From Candidatus Limnocylindrales bacterium (lineage in GTDB: Bacteria > Patescibacteriota > Microgenomatia > Levybacterales > UBA12049), in NCBI GenBank assembly GCA_035526025.1, contig DATLDE010000005.1, forward strand, positions 32,192 through 96,191: a stretch of DNA of 64,000 nt, in the 5' to 3' direction. A program made the translations under genes and the position numbers. Shown here in pieces: positions 1-10,235 of this stretch. The notes beneath the pieces were generated by a model. It saw only the letters and a list, made by a program, of their open reading frames with translations, was not told the DNA's origin and searched no databases. Each line of letters begins with the position of its first letter. Position 1 is the first letter of the stretch.

Positions 1-1
1 T

Positions 2-1180
2 CTTTTAACTGTCATGGCGCTTGCTGGATATTCGTGGCTTGAGGTAGATAAATTCCGAAAGGCGATGGGTAAGAAAATCCCCGCCGAAATGAAAAAACAG
101 CAAGAATTATTTGTAAAAGGTTGCGTAGCCAATGGACTGACTGCAAAAAAAGCGGAAGAGTTTTTTGTGACAATTGCTCCTTTTGCCGGTTATGGATTTA
201 ACAAAGCTCATGCTGCATGCTATGCAACAATTGCTTTTAGAACTGCTTACTTAAAAGCCAATTATCCAGTGGAATTCATGACAGCTCTTCTAACAGCTGA
301 GTCGCGTAGCTCAACAGGGCCTGTTAAAAATGAAAAAGTTGCCCAAGCGATTTTGGAGTGTAAAAGACTGGGAATAACGGTATTACCCCCAGACATAAAT
401 AAATCAGAGCAGGATTTTTCAATTGAAGAGAAAACAAAAATACGTTTTGGTTTATCTGCTATTAAAAACGTTGGAGGTGCTGCAATTGAAGTAATTTTTA
501 ATACAAGATCTGAAAAACCATTTACAAGCCTAGCTGACTTCTGCATGCGGGTAAATCTCTCTACTGTAAATAAAAAAACTATGGAAAGCCTGATAAAAGC
601 TGGTGCTATGGATGAGTTTGGTAACAGGGCAGCATTACTGATTGGACTGTCAGACAATACCAGCAAAGCAAGTCAAATCAAAAAACAAGCAACAGATGGC
701 CAGAAATCATTGTTTGAAGATGAACCGGTAGATGCTTCTTCCAAGGTGTCAATGCAAACTTCAGAGATAGAAGATTTTTCAGAAGAAGAAAAGCTGGCTT
801 TTGAAAAAGAATTTCTGGGATTTTATCTATCCTCTCATCCACATCTTGAAACACTTTCAAATCTCAATCTCATTGTTTCCCATAAATTAGAATCTTTAAG
901 TGAAGAAAAAGAAGGTACCATCGTAAAGATAGGTGGAATTGTTGAAAGTGCAAAGAAAATTTTTACCAAAAAATCAAACAGCGAAATGGCATTTATCACA
1001 CTAGCCAATGAAAATGGAGTAAGTATAGAGTGCGTTATCTTCCCAAGAGTTTTTGAATTATACAAATCCTTACTTGTAAATGATAATGTAGTGGTTCTCA
1101 ATGGAAAGCTTGATTATAAAGATGAAAGGCCAGTTATAATCGCAGACAGCATCTACGACGCCAGGACACAGATAGGATAA
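2..1180 (+). CDS. dnaE: DNA polymerase III alpha subunit, C-terminal portion (5' end lies upstream of window)
   Basis: Open frame runs from the window edge with no upstream stop. The GYGFNKAHAACYATIAFRTAYLKANYPVEFMTALL motif and a C-terminal OB-like region are typical of DnaE. Its stop overlaps the next start (TAATG at 1178-1182). Confidence 0.85.
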   Translation, partial: LLTVMALAGYSWLEVDKFRKAMGKKIPAEMKKQQELFVKGCVANGLTAKKAEEFFVTIAPFAGYGFNKAHAACYATIAFRTAYLKANYPVEFMTALLTAESRSSTGPVKNEKVAQAILECKRLGITVLPPDINKSEQDFSIEEKTKIRFGLSAIKNVGGAAIEVIFNTRSEKPFTSLADFCMRVNLSTVNKKTMESLIKAGAMDEFGNRAALLIGLSDNTSKASQIKKQATDGQKSLFEDEPVDASSKVSMQTSEIEDFSEEEKLAFEKEFLGFYLSSHPHLETLSNLNLIVSHKLESLSEEKEGTIVKIGGIVESAKKIFTKKSNSEMAFITLANENGVSIECVIFPRVFELYKSLLVNDNVVVLNGKLDYKDERPVIIADSIYDARTQIG

Positions 1181-2625
1181 TGAAAATTCTACTAGAAAAA
1201 ATAAATAAACTCTCACCATTCTTTCTGGGTATTTGGGCTTTAATTTTGTCTTTGCTATATTCAATACTATCTATAGTGCGCCACAATAACTTTCAATCCG
1301 GAGCATTTGATCTTGGAATTTTTGATCAGGCAATTTGGCAATACTCCCGTTTTCTTTATCCATATAACACCATCAAAGAAAGATTTATCTTAGGAGACCA
1401 TCTAACTCTTAGTCTTCCTTTATTTGCGCCTCTTTTTTATATCTGGGGCGATGTAAGGATATTACTAATAACTCAAGCAATCTGGATTACTTGTTCTATA
1501 ATTCCAATATACAAAATTGCCAGGATAAGAAATTTTACCCCTCTTGTATCCCTTTGCGTAAGCTTTGCTTATAGTATTTTTTATGGAATCCAGTTTGGGG
1601 TATATTTTGATTGGCATCCGATTATTTTTGGAGTTGGTTTACTTGCTTGGCTTGCATACTTTTTTGAGGCTAAGAAAAAAAAGTTATTTTGGATCACATT
1701 GATTGCAATGCTCTTAACACAGGAAAATATGGGCATTGCTCTTGCATGTTTAGGGATAATATATTTTTTCCAAAAACAGCACAGAAAGAAAGCGATTTAC
1801 TTTTTTATTGGAGGAATCACGGCTACAGTTATCTCAGTTTTAATTATTAGTCATTTATCGCCTGTAGGATACCAATATAAACCAAAAATAGCACACGACC
1901 CTATCTCTATAGTAGAACAATTCTATGATACTCAGGATAAAAAACTTGTATGGTTATATTCATTTAGTGGATTTGCATTTTTACCACTTTTATCACCAGG
2001 AGGTATATTAGCTGTAATTTTTGATTTGTCCCAATATTTTGCTGCCGCCAGTGAATTTGGACACATGCTGACTCCATATCTACACCATAGAGCAATTTTA
2101 GGAGTTTTTTTGGCACTTGGTGTATTGGATTCATTACAGTTTCTTGAAAAACGAAAAATTAACCTTCTCTATATTGCTGCTCCCATGGTGCTAATTGCTC
2201 TTTTTTTTCAGTATTATTTTCATTTACCATTAAACAAGCTAGTAAAAAAAGAGTATTGGAATAGAGAATCTTGGATGGATGATACAGACAAATTACTAAA
2301 AATTGTACCTAAAAATGTAAGCATTGCTTCAACTCAGCACATAACACCCCACCTAAGTCAAAGAAAAGAAATATATCTTATTTGGCCTAGGAAAAAAAGT
2401 GGTTTAGACGCACAAAAATTATGTAAAAAAGAATCTTGCTGGTGGCTTGATATTGCTGGGAAGCCAAAATACTTGATTATTAATCTAGATAATCGTCAGT
2501 GGGTTACACAGCTTCTTGAAAGTCCCGAGAACTTTAAAAGTGCTGTAGTAAATATGGAAAAAACAGGAAAAATATCGTTAGAAAAAAATATTAATACAGC
2601 TTACATCTACAAAATAAACTACTAA
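1180..2625 (+). CDS. polytopic integral membrane protein, DUF2079/GT-C-fold-like (function unknown)
   Basis: 481 aa with more than 10 predicted TM helices. The N-terminal RHNNFQSGAFDLGIFDQAIWQ resembles DUF2079-type membrane proteins. The start ATG overlaps the dnaE stop. Family assignment is from memory only. Confidence 0.6.
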   Translation: MKILLEKINKLSPFFLGIWALILSLLYSILSIVRHNNFQSGAFDLGIFDQAIWQYSRFLYPYNTIKERFILGDHLTLSLPLFAPLFYIWGDVRILLITQAIWITCSIIPIYKIARIRNFTPLVSLCVSFAYSIFYGIQFGVYFDWHPIIFGVGLLAWLAYFFEAKKKKLFWITLIAMLLTQENMGIALACLGIIYFFQKQHRKKAIYFFIGGITATVISVLIISHLSPVGYQYKPKIAHDPISIVEQFYDTQDKKLVWLYSFSGFAFLPLLSPGGILAVIFDLSQYFAAASEFGHMLTPYLHHRAILGVFLALGVLDSLQFLEKRKINLLYIAAPMVLIALFFQYYFHLPLNKLVKKEYWNRESWMDDTDKLLKIVPKNVSIASTQHITPHLSQRKEIYLIWPRKKSGLDAQKLCKKESCWWLDIAGKPKYLIINLDNRQWVTQLLESPENFKSAVVNMEKTGKISLEKNINTAYIYKINY

Positions 2626-2639
2626 AATAACTTTTCTCC

Positions 2640-2668
2640 TTGACTTATTTTGAGCTTGCAATTAAAAT
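2640..2668 (+). promoter_or_regulatory. candidate sigma70-type promoter (TTGACT-17 nt-TAAAAT) at the head of the atp operon
   Basis: TTGACT at 2640-2645, a 17-nt spacer, then TAAAAT at 2663-2668. The first atpB ATG candidates (2667 and 2683) lie at or just downstream, implying a very short leader. Confidence 0.3.
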
Positions 2669-3566
2669 GAAAACTAATATTATGGCAGCTTTTGCTCCTG
2701 ACGTTATCACCCAATTAGGTCCAATACCAATAACAAATACACTACTACATACACTCACAGTTGATGCAGTGCTTGTTGTATTGGCAATATATGTATCAAA
2801 AAATATCACCAAAATTCCAAAAGGCGTACAGAACATCATGGAACCTGTAATTGAGGGAATGTACAATCTTACAGAATCAATTGCTACAAGTAAAAACGCG
2901 ACTACTCGCATTTTTCCGTTTATAATGACGTTTTTTCTCTTCATCTTTACTGCAAATTTCACCGGTCTTCTGCCAGGAGTCGGAACAATCGGGTTTTTTG
3001 AAGAAGGAGCTGCTCATTCCCAGGTAATTAATAAAGCTCATGCAACAGAATCAGCTGCACCAAAGGAAGAATCAAATCACGATGCACCTGCAACAACTGA
3101 AAAAACTGCAGAGCATGAAACAAAAGCAGAAACAACCGAAGCGACACTTGTCCCACTTTTTAGAGGCGCAACTAGTGATATCAATGTCACGCTCGCTCTT
3201 GCGATTGTATCCGTTGTTGCCACGCACATGCTCAGCATTCAGGTAACAGGAATTAAAGATTATCTGGGACGATATTTCTCACTTAACCCAATTAATTTGT
3301 ATGTAGGACTTTTGGAGTTGGTTGCTGAAGTAACTAAGATTATTTCTCTCTCTTTTAGATTATTTGGAAATATCTTTGCTGGGGAAATTGCGCTTCATAC
3401 TATTTCAAAACTTGTTGCATTTATCGCACCACTTCCCTTCTTGCTTCTAGAATCAATTGTAAGCGTGGTACAAGCGCTTGTTTTTTCAGTTTTGACACTC
3501 GTTTTTATGGCGGTATTAACTACACCCCATCATCATAGCGAGACCGGGGAGGTGAGTCACGGATGA
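2667..3566 (+). CDS. atpB: F0F1 ATP synthase subunit a, carrying an about 45-aa hydrophilic insertion
   Basis: The FRLFGNIFAGEIALHTIS motif contains the essential Arg of subunit a, and DINVTLALAIVSVV aligns to the E. coli PSADVNVTLSMALGVFIL segment. The track start at 2640 is a TTG, so an ATG start at 2667 or 2683 is more likely. The stop overlaps the atpE start (ATGA). Confidence 0.85.
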   Translation: MKTNIMAAFAPDVITQLGPIPITNTLLHTLTVDAVLVVLAIYVSKNITKIPKGVQNIMEPVIEGMYNLTESIATSKNATTRIFPFIMTFFLFIFTANFTGLLPGVGTIGFFEEGAAHSQVINKAHATESAAPKEESNHDAPATTEKTAEHETKAETTEATLVPLFRGATSDINVTLALAIVSVVATHMLSIQVTGIKDYLGRYFSLNPINLYVGLLELVAEVTKIISLSFRLFGNIFAGEIALHTISKLVAFIAPLPFLLLESIVSVVQALVFSVLTLVFMAVLTTPHHHSETGEVSHG

Positions 3567-3772
3567 ACACATTTACACTTACCGGAGGAGCCATTATCGT
3601 ATTTGGAGGGATGATGCCAGCCCTTGCGATCATGTGGATCGGAGGAAAAGCCATGGATGCAATAGGCCGAAATCCTGATGCAGCTGGAAAAATTCTTCCA
3701 CCGATGCTTTTGTCATTGGCGTTTGCTGAAGCTATTGCTATTTATTCTCTAATTTTAGCTTTTACCAAATAA
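3563..3772 (+). CDS. atpE: F0F1 ATP synthase subunit c
   Basis: 69 aa forming a two-helix hairpin. It has a GGxMxA-type glycine-rich helix 1 and a conserved carboxylate in helix 2 (AFAEAIAIYSLILAF). Confidence 0.9.
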   Translation: MNTFTLTGGAIIVFGGMMPALAIMWIGGKAMDAIGRNPDAAGKILPPMLLSLAFAEAIAIYSLILAFTK

Positions 3773-3897
3773 GCAACGAATAAATGCGGATTCTGGGATT
3801 CTTTTCAGAATTCGTATTGATTCGCATGTTTGATAATACTTTGTCTTATTTTACATGCGAATATATATGAATATTTTTATTCGTATATATAATTATT

Positions 3898-4407
3898 ATG
3901 GAAATATTAAATAATTTCGGATTTGAACCTATTCTTTTTGCAGCGCAAATAGTCAATTTTTTGATTATATTTTTTGTGCTTAAGAAATTTATGTACAAAC
4001 CCGTACTTAAATTGCTTGATGAAAGAAAGAAAAAAATAGCAGAAGGACTAAAACAAGCTGAAGAATCTGCCAGAATACTTGAGGAAACAACAAAAAAAGA
4101 AGAAGAAATCCTAAAGAAAGCACAACATGAATCCAAAAAGATTCTCGATGAAGCACGTAGTCAAAGTGAAATTATGCTAGCAGAAAGTGCCGCGGAAACA
4201 AAAAAACAGGTTGCGAAAATGATAAAAGACGCAAGAGATCAAATAACTAGTGAGTCTGAGGAAGCTTCGAAAAAATTGGAATTACAAGTTAGTAAGCTTG
4301 CTATAGAATTCCTTGAGAAATCACTTAAGGGATTATTCACAGACCGCGAACAAGAAATTGTTATGAAAAACGCTGTGAATAAAATGAAAGGTGAAAAAAA
4401 CAAATGA
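3898..4407 (+). CDS. atpF: F0F1 ATP synthase subunit b
   Basis: 169 aa with a single N-terminal TM helix followed by a long charged coiled-coil (KKIAEGLKQAEESARILEE...). Positioned between atpE and atpH. Confidence 0.85.
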   Translation: MEILNNFGFEPILFAAQIVNFLIIFFVLKKFMYKPVLKLLDERKKKIAEGLKQAEESARILEETTKKEEEILKKAQHESKKILDEARSQSEIMLAESAAETKKQVAKMIKDARDQITSESEEASKKLELQVSKLAIEFLEKSLKGLFTDREQEIVMKNAVNKMKGEKNK

Positions 4408-4760
4408 ACAAAAAACTATTAAAACAGCTATTGTTAATCTCATATAGAAATGGTGAACTGGACAGTGAAACAATTGCGAAAATATCAGAAAAACTTGATA
4501 GAACACAACTCAAGCAATATATTAGAGCATTAAAAAATGCAGAAAAACTACACAATGTATATATTGAGACTCCTTTTTCTGAGAATAAAACGATGATGGA
4601 TAGCTTCAAAAATATATTTCCGGACAAAAAAATACAGAATTTAGTAAATTCATCCTTGATTGTTGGTACCAAAATTTCTTATAATGACGACATCTTTGAA
4701 GTAAGCTTAAAAAATAACCTCGACCAGATAGTAAGAAACGTTGTAGAAGATTATGATTGA
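4404..4760 (+). CDS. atpH: F0F1 ATP synthase subunit delta (OSCP), short form
   Basis: Operon position, ATGA overlap with atpF and a delta-like C-terminus (SSLIVGTKISYNDDIFEVSLKNNL). At 118 aa it is shorter than the usual length of about 180 aa. Confidence 0.65.
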   Translation: MNKKLLKQLLLISYRNGELDSETIAKISEKLDRTQLKQYIRALKNAEKLHNVYIETPFSENKTMMDSFKNIFPDKKIQNLVNSSLIVGTKISYNDDIFEVSLKNNLDQIVRNVVEDYD

Positions 4761-6279
4761 TTCACAAGATATAATAAAACAGTTAGAGAAGAAATTATCC
4801 AGCACGTCTTTTGATGCCAAGACTGAACACGTTGGTACTGTTGAAGCAAACAATGATGGCGTAATAACAGCATCAGGGCTCTCAAAAGTCACAATGGGAG
4901 AAATGGTTGTGTTTGATAAGGGTGATCGTGGATTTGTTCTTAATCTGAGCGAGGACTCAGTATCAATTATTTTACTTAGCACAAAATCTGATATAAAAGA
5001 AGGAGATACAGTCAAAGCACTTGGAGAAATACTAAGTATCGAAGTTGATGAAGGGCTTCTTGGACGCGTAATCAATCCTATTGGTGCACCGCTTGATGGA
5101 AAACCCGGAATTAAAAAAGGAAAGAGAATGCCACTTGAGAGAATTGCAGCAGGAGTTGTTGAAAGAAGTCCAGTCGATACACCCCTCAAAACCGGTATTA
5201 AAGCTATTGACACAATGATTCCAATTGGACGTGGACAACGTGAGCTTATCATCGGAGACAGAGGCTTAGGAAAAACAGCTATCGCACTGGACGCAATTAT
5301 AAATCAACGCGTAACTACAAAGGGCCAAAAACCTGTTATATGTATTTATGTTGCAATTGGCCAAAAACAAAGCTCTGTCTCACAAGTTGTTGACCGTCTA
5401 AAACAAGAAAAATCAATTGACAACACAATAGTTGTTGTTGCAGGGGCATCAGATCCAGCATCGCTACAGTATTTGGCTCCTTTTGCTGGAACAAGTATCG
5501 CAGAGTATTTTATGGAAAAGGGAGAGGATGTTTTGATCGTATATGATGATCTCACAAAACACGCTTGGTCATATCGTCAGCTATCGTTAGTTCTCAAAAG
5601 ACCGGCAGGTCGTGAAGCATATCCAGGAGATATTTTTTACCTACATAGTAGACTACTTGAAAGATCAGTTAGACTAAATAAAGAACATGGCGGTGGATCA
5701 ATAACATCACTCCCGATCATCGAAACTCAAGCGAGTGATATCTCAGCATATATCCCGACAAACGTCATCTCAATCACTGACGGACAGATCTATCTACAGT
5801 CAGATTTATTTAATCTTGGTATCAGGCCTGCTATAAATCCAGGAAATTCTGTATCTCGTGTGGGAGGAGCTGCTCAAACAAAGGCAATTAAAGCAGTTGC
5901 CGGAAAACTTCGTCTGGAGTTAGCACAGTACAACGCTCTCGCAGCATTCGCGCAGTTTGGCTCAGAGCTTGATGAAGCAACCACGAAGCAGCTTGAGCGA
6001 GGTAAGAGAAGTGTTGAGATACTTAAACAACCTCAGTACTCGCCCCTTACAGAGGCATACGAAATAATCAGTATTTGGGCAGTGACAAATGGTTACTTGG
6101 ATGATATTCCAGTTGAGGAAGTTGGGAGATTTGAAAAAGAGCTTCATGAACATGTCACAATTCATTCCAAGAAATTACTTGAAAAACTAAATACTGGGGA
6201 CAAAATGGATGATGAAACACTAAGCACCTTGAAAAAATCTGTCGAAGATTTCAAGAAAGGAGCGGACTTTACAAAGTAA
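4753..6279 (+). CDS. atpA: F0F1 ATP synthase subunit alpha
   Basis: 508 aa. Has the Walker A motif GDRGLGKT and a beta-barrel N-terminal domain, in the canonical operon position. Confidence 0.95.
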   Translation: MIDSQDIIKQLEKKLSSTSFDAKTEHVGTVEANNDGVITASGLSKVTMGEMVVFDKGDRGFVLNLSEDSVSIILLSTKSDIKEGDTVKALGEILSIEVDEGLLGRVINPIGAPLDGKPGIKKGKRMPLERIAAGVVERSPVDTPLKTGIKAIDTMIPIGRGQRELIIGDRGLGKTAIALDAIINQRVTTKGQKPVICIYVAIGQKQSSVSQVVDRLKQEKSIDNTIVVVAGASDPASLQYLAPFAGTSIAEYFMEKGEDVLIVYDDLTKHAWSYRQLSLVLKRPAGREAYPGDIFYLHSRLLERSVRLNKEHGGGSITSLPIIETQASDISAYIPTNVISITDGQIYLQSDLFNLGIRPAINPGNSVSRVGGAAQTKAIKAVAGKLRLELAQYNALAAFAQFGSELDEATTKQLERGKRSVEILKQPQYSPLTEAYEIISIWAVTNGYLDDIPVEEVGRFEKELHEHVTIHSKKLLEKLNTGDKMDDETLSTLKKSVEDFKKGADFTK

Positions 6280-6288
6280 CATAAAAAT

Positions 6289-8545
<2,257 letters not shown>

Positions 8546-8572
8546 TCTCAATTTTAAATAATATTTTTACTT

Positions 8573-8998
8573 ATGCTTCTTGAAATTATAACTCCTGAAA
8601 AAACAGTATTGAATGAAGAAATAGATGAAATTCTGGTCCCTACAGAGAAAGGTCAAATTGGAATACTCCCCCATCACATCAATCTAATAACAAAGTTAAC
8701 TGCTGGTGAAATGATTATTAGAAGTAATGGTAAAGAACGCGCACTTGCCGTGACAGGTGGATTTCTGGAAGTTAAAAATCAAAAAGTGACAGTCCTTGCA
8801 GATTACGCAGAGCATGCTGATAAGATTGATACTGATCAAGCACTGGCCGCCAAAAATAGAGCGGAGGAAGTTCTTAAGAATAAAGATAAGGGAATCAATG
8901 AGCAGGATTTGAGAGCTGCACAGTCAGAATTAAGACGTGCATTACTTCAGCTTCATATCTCAGAAAATTACCGTAAAAAAATCCACAGAACTAGCTAG
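8573..8998 (+). CDS. atpC: F0F1 ATP synthase subunit epsilon
   Basis: 141 aa. N-terminal beta-sandwich (MLLEIITPEKTVLNEEIDEILVPTEKGQIGILPHH) and a C-terminal helical hairpin. Confidence 0.9.
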   Translation: MLLEIITPEKTVLNEEIDEILVPTEKGQIGILPHHINLITKLTAGEMIIRSNGKERALAVTGGFLEVKNQKVTVLADYAEHADKIDTDQALAAKNRAEEVLKNKDKGINEQDLRAAQSELRRALLQLHISENYRKKIHRTS

Positions 8999-9049
8999 GC
9001 CTTCACAATTTGCCATCTACTGCAATATTATCTACAATATCACTAATGT

Positions 9050-9125
9050 GCCGATGTAACTCAGTTGGTAGAGTAACTCTTTCGTAAAGAGTAAGTCGTG
9101 GGTCCGACTCCCACCATCGGCTCCA
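9050..9125 (+). tRNA. tRNA-Thr (anticodon CGT), CCA encoded
   Basis: Manual cloverleaf. Acceptor stem GCCGATG/CATCGGC, D-arm ACTC-AGTTGGTA-GAGT, anticodon stem ACTCT/AGAGT with loop TTCGTAA (anticodon CGT), T-arm GTGGG-TCCGACT-CCCAC, discriminator T plus CCA. Confidence 0.85.
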
Positions 9126-9175
9126 ATCCGAAAGAATTAAACACGAAATATCAATAAATATTTTATTATAAAATT

Positions 9176-9522
9176 ATGTTTTCTAAAAAAAATATTCAGG
9201 ACATTCCATTAGAAGAAACATCTCACTCATCTGGAACACGCAAGATGATTGTCGGAAAAGAAGAAACCTCTTCTGAGTATTTTGAAGCATACACCTATGG
9301 TTATTTACCGTCTGGGAAAAATGGGATATGCATGAACGTGAAAATGTTGTAGAAATTTGTTTTGTAACTAAAGGGAAGGGTGTTGTTCGGAATTCCAATG
9401 GTACAGAAGAAAGTTTTGTAACTGGTGATAGGTTTATTTTCCCACCTAATACAGGGCATGAGATTGAAAATAATTCAAATACTGATGCAGAATTCTATTT
9501 TATAAGATTTAAAGATAAATAA
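9176..9522 (+). pseudogene. small cupin-domain protein split by a +/-1 frameshift at an A5 run (9317-9321); pseudogene or homopolymer sequencing error
   Basis: Frame A (9176-9352) ends ...EYFEAYTYGYLPSGKNGICMNVKML*. Frame B (open from 9286, track ORF 9328-9522) reads ...HERENVVEICFVTKGKGVV...GDRFIFPPNTGHEIEN...EFYFIRF. Joined, they give a G(x)5HxH(x)3-4E(x)6G cupin motif 1 plus motif 2. Confidence 0.5.
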
Positions 9523-9533
9523 AATATTAATAT

Positions 9534-10235
9534 ATGAGATCTAGATTACGCTCAAATGTAAAAAAGCAATCAATTCACATACTGCTGTTAATTATAGGGA
9601 TTATAATTGTGGTACTCGCTACAGGTACTCATCTTTTAGTTGGCTTTGGTGTCGCTTTGGATATGATTAGAGGGACTGATAAAGATGAGCTTAAGGGGCA
9701 GAAGCTTAGCTATATTGCACCACCCAGCTTGAATCCACTCCACATTGCTACAAAAAAAAGGGGGATTAGCATTAACGGTTTATCAATATCAGACAGTGTT
9801 ACCATTGATTTATATCTGAATGGAACAAAAGTGGAAACGACAAAACCAAAAAAAGATGGCTCTTTTTCTTTTGAGAATGTAAAGCTTGATGAGGGAGAAA
9901 ATGAAATTAAAGCGAAAAGCGTTACAAAAGATGGTGTAGAAAGTGAATATTCAGAACGAATAAAAATAAAATATCTGAACAGAAATCCTGATTTGGAAAT
10001 TAGCAATCCAAAAGATGGACAAACATTCAAAAAAGATCAAAGCCCGATAAGAATCAGTGGTAAAACAGATCCAGGAGCAAAAGTATCAATAAATGATTTC
10101 TGGACCATAATAAGTGATGACGGAGAATTTTATTATATGTACAATTTAAAAGACGGAGGCAATGATCTGAAAGTAGTTAGTACCGACGAAGCAGGAAATA
10201 CAACTACAAAACAAATAAATATAAAAGTTGAGTAA
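9534..10235 (+). CDS. secreted or membrane-anchored protein with tandem bacterial Ig-like domains
   Basis: 233 aa. N-terminal TM/signal anchor (IHILLLIIGIIIVVLATG) followed by two repeats resembling Big-type Ig-like domains (…ISGKTDPGAKVSIN…; …KVETTKPKKDGSFSF…). Confidence 0.55.
   Translation: MRSRLRSNVKKQSIHILLLIIGIIIVVLATGTHLLVGFGVALDMIRGTDKDELKGQKLSYIAPPSLNPLHIATKKRGISINGLSISDSVTIDLYLNGTKVETTKPKKDGSFSFENVKLDEGENEIKAKSVTKDGVESEYSERIKIKYLNRNPDLEISNPKDGQTFKKDQSPIRISGKTDPGAKVSINDFWTIISDDGEFYYMYNLKDGGNDLKVVSTDEAGNTTTKQINIKVE

Noticed and set aside
262-1264. Antisense and nested small ORFs (for example 262-666, 678-860, 835-1101, 3040-3246, 24727-25101, 26337-26918, 58111-58530 and many others in the track)
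   Set aside because: They lie entirely inside strongly supported genes on the opposite strand or in another frame, with no homology and biased composition. Treated as frame shadows.
2640-2666. Track-proposed N-terminal extensions (atpB from 2640, atpD from 7058, csaA from 37487, ftsW from 30519, IMPase from TTG 43871, and others)
   Set aside because: The ORF track translates TTG/GTG as M and extends to the farthest in-frame start. The extensions overlap upstream genes or lack homology. Internal ATGs consistent with family N-termini were preferred, each individually noted.
3563-3566. Alternative genetic code with TGA sense (code 25 or 4)
   Set aside because: TGA terminates atpB exactly where homology to subunit a ends and where atpE starts, and likewise at other gene ends. 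Standard code 11 fits all strong homologs.
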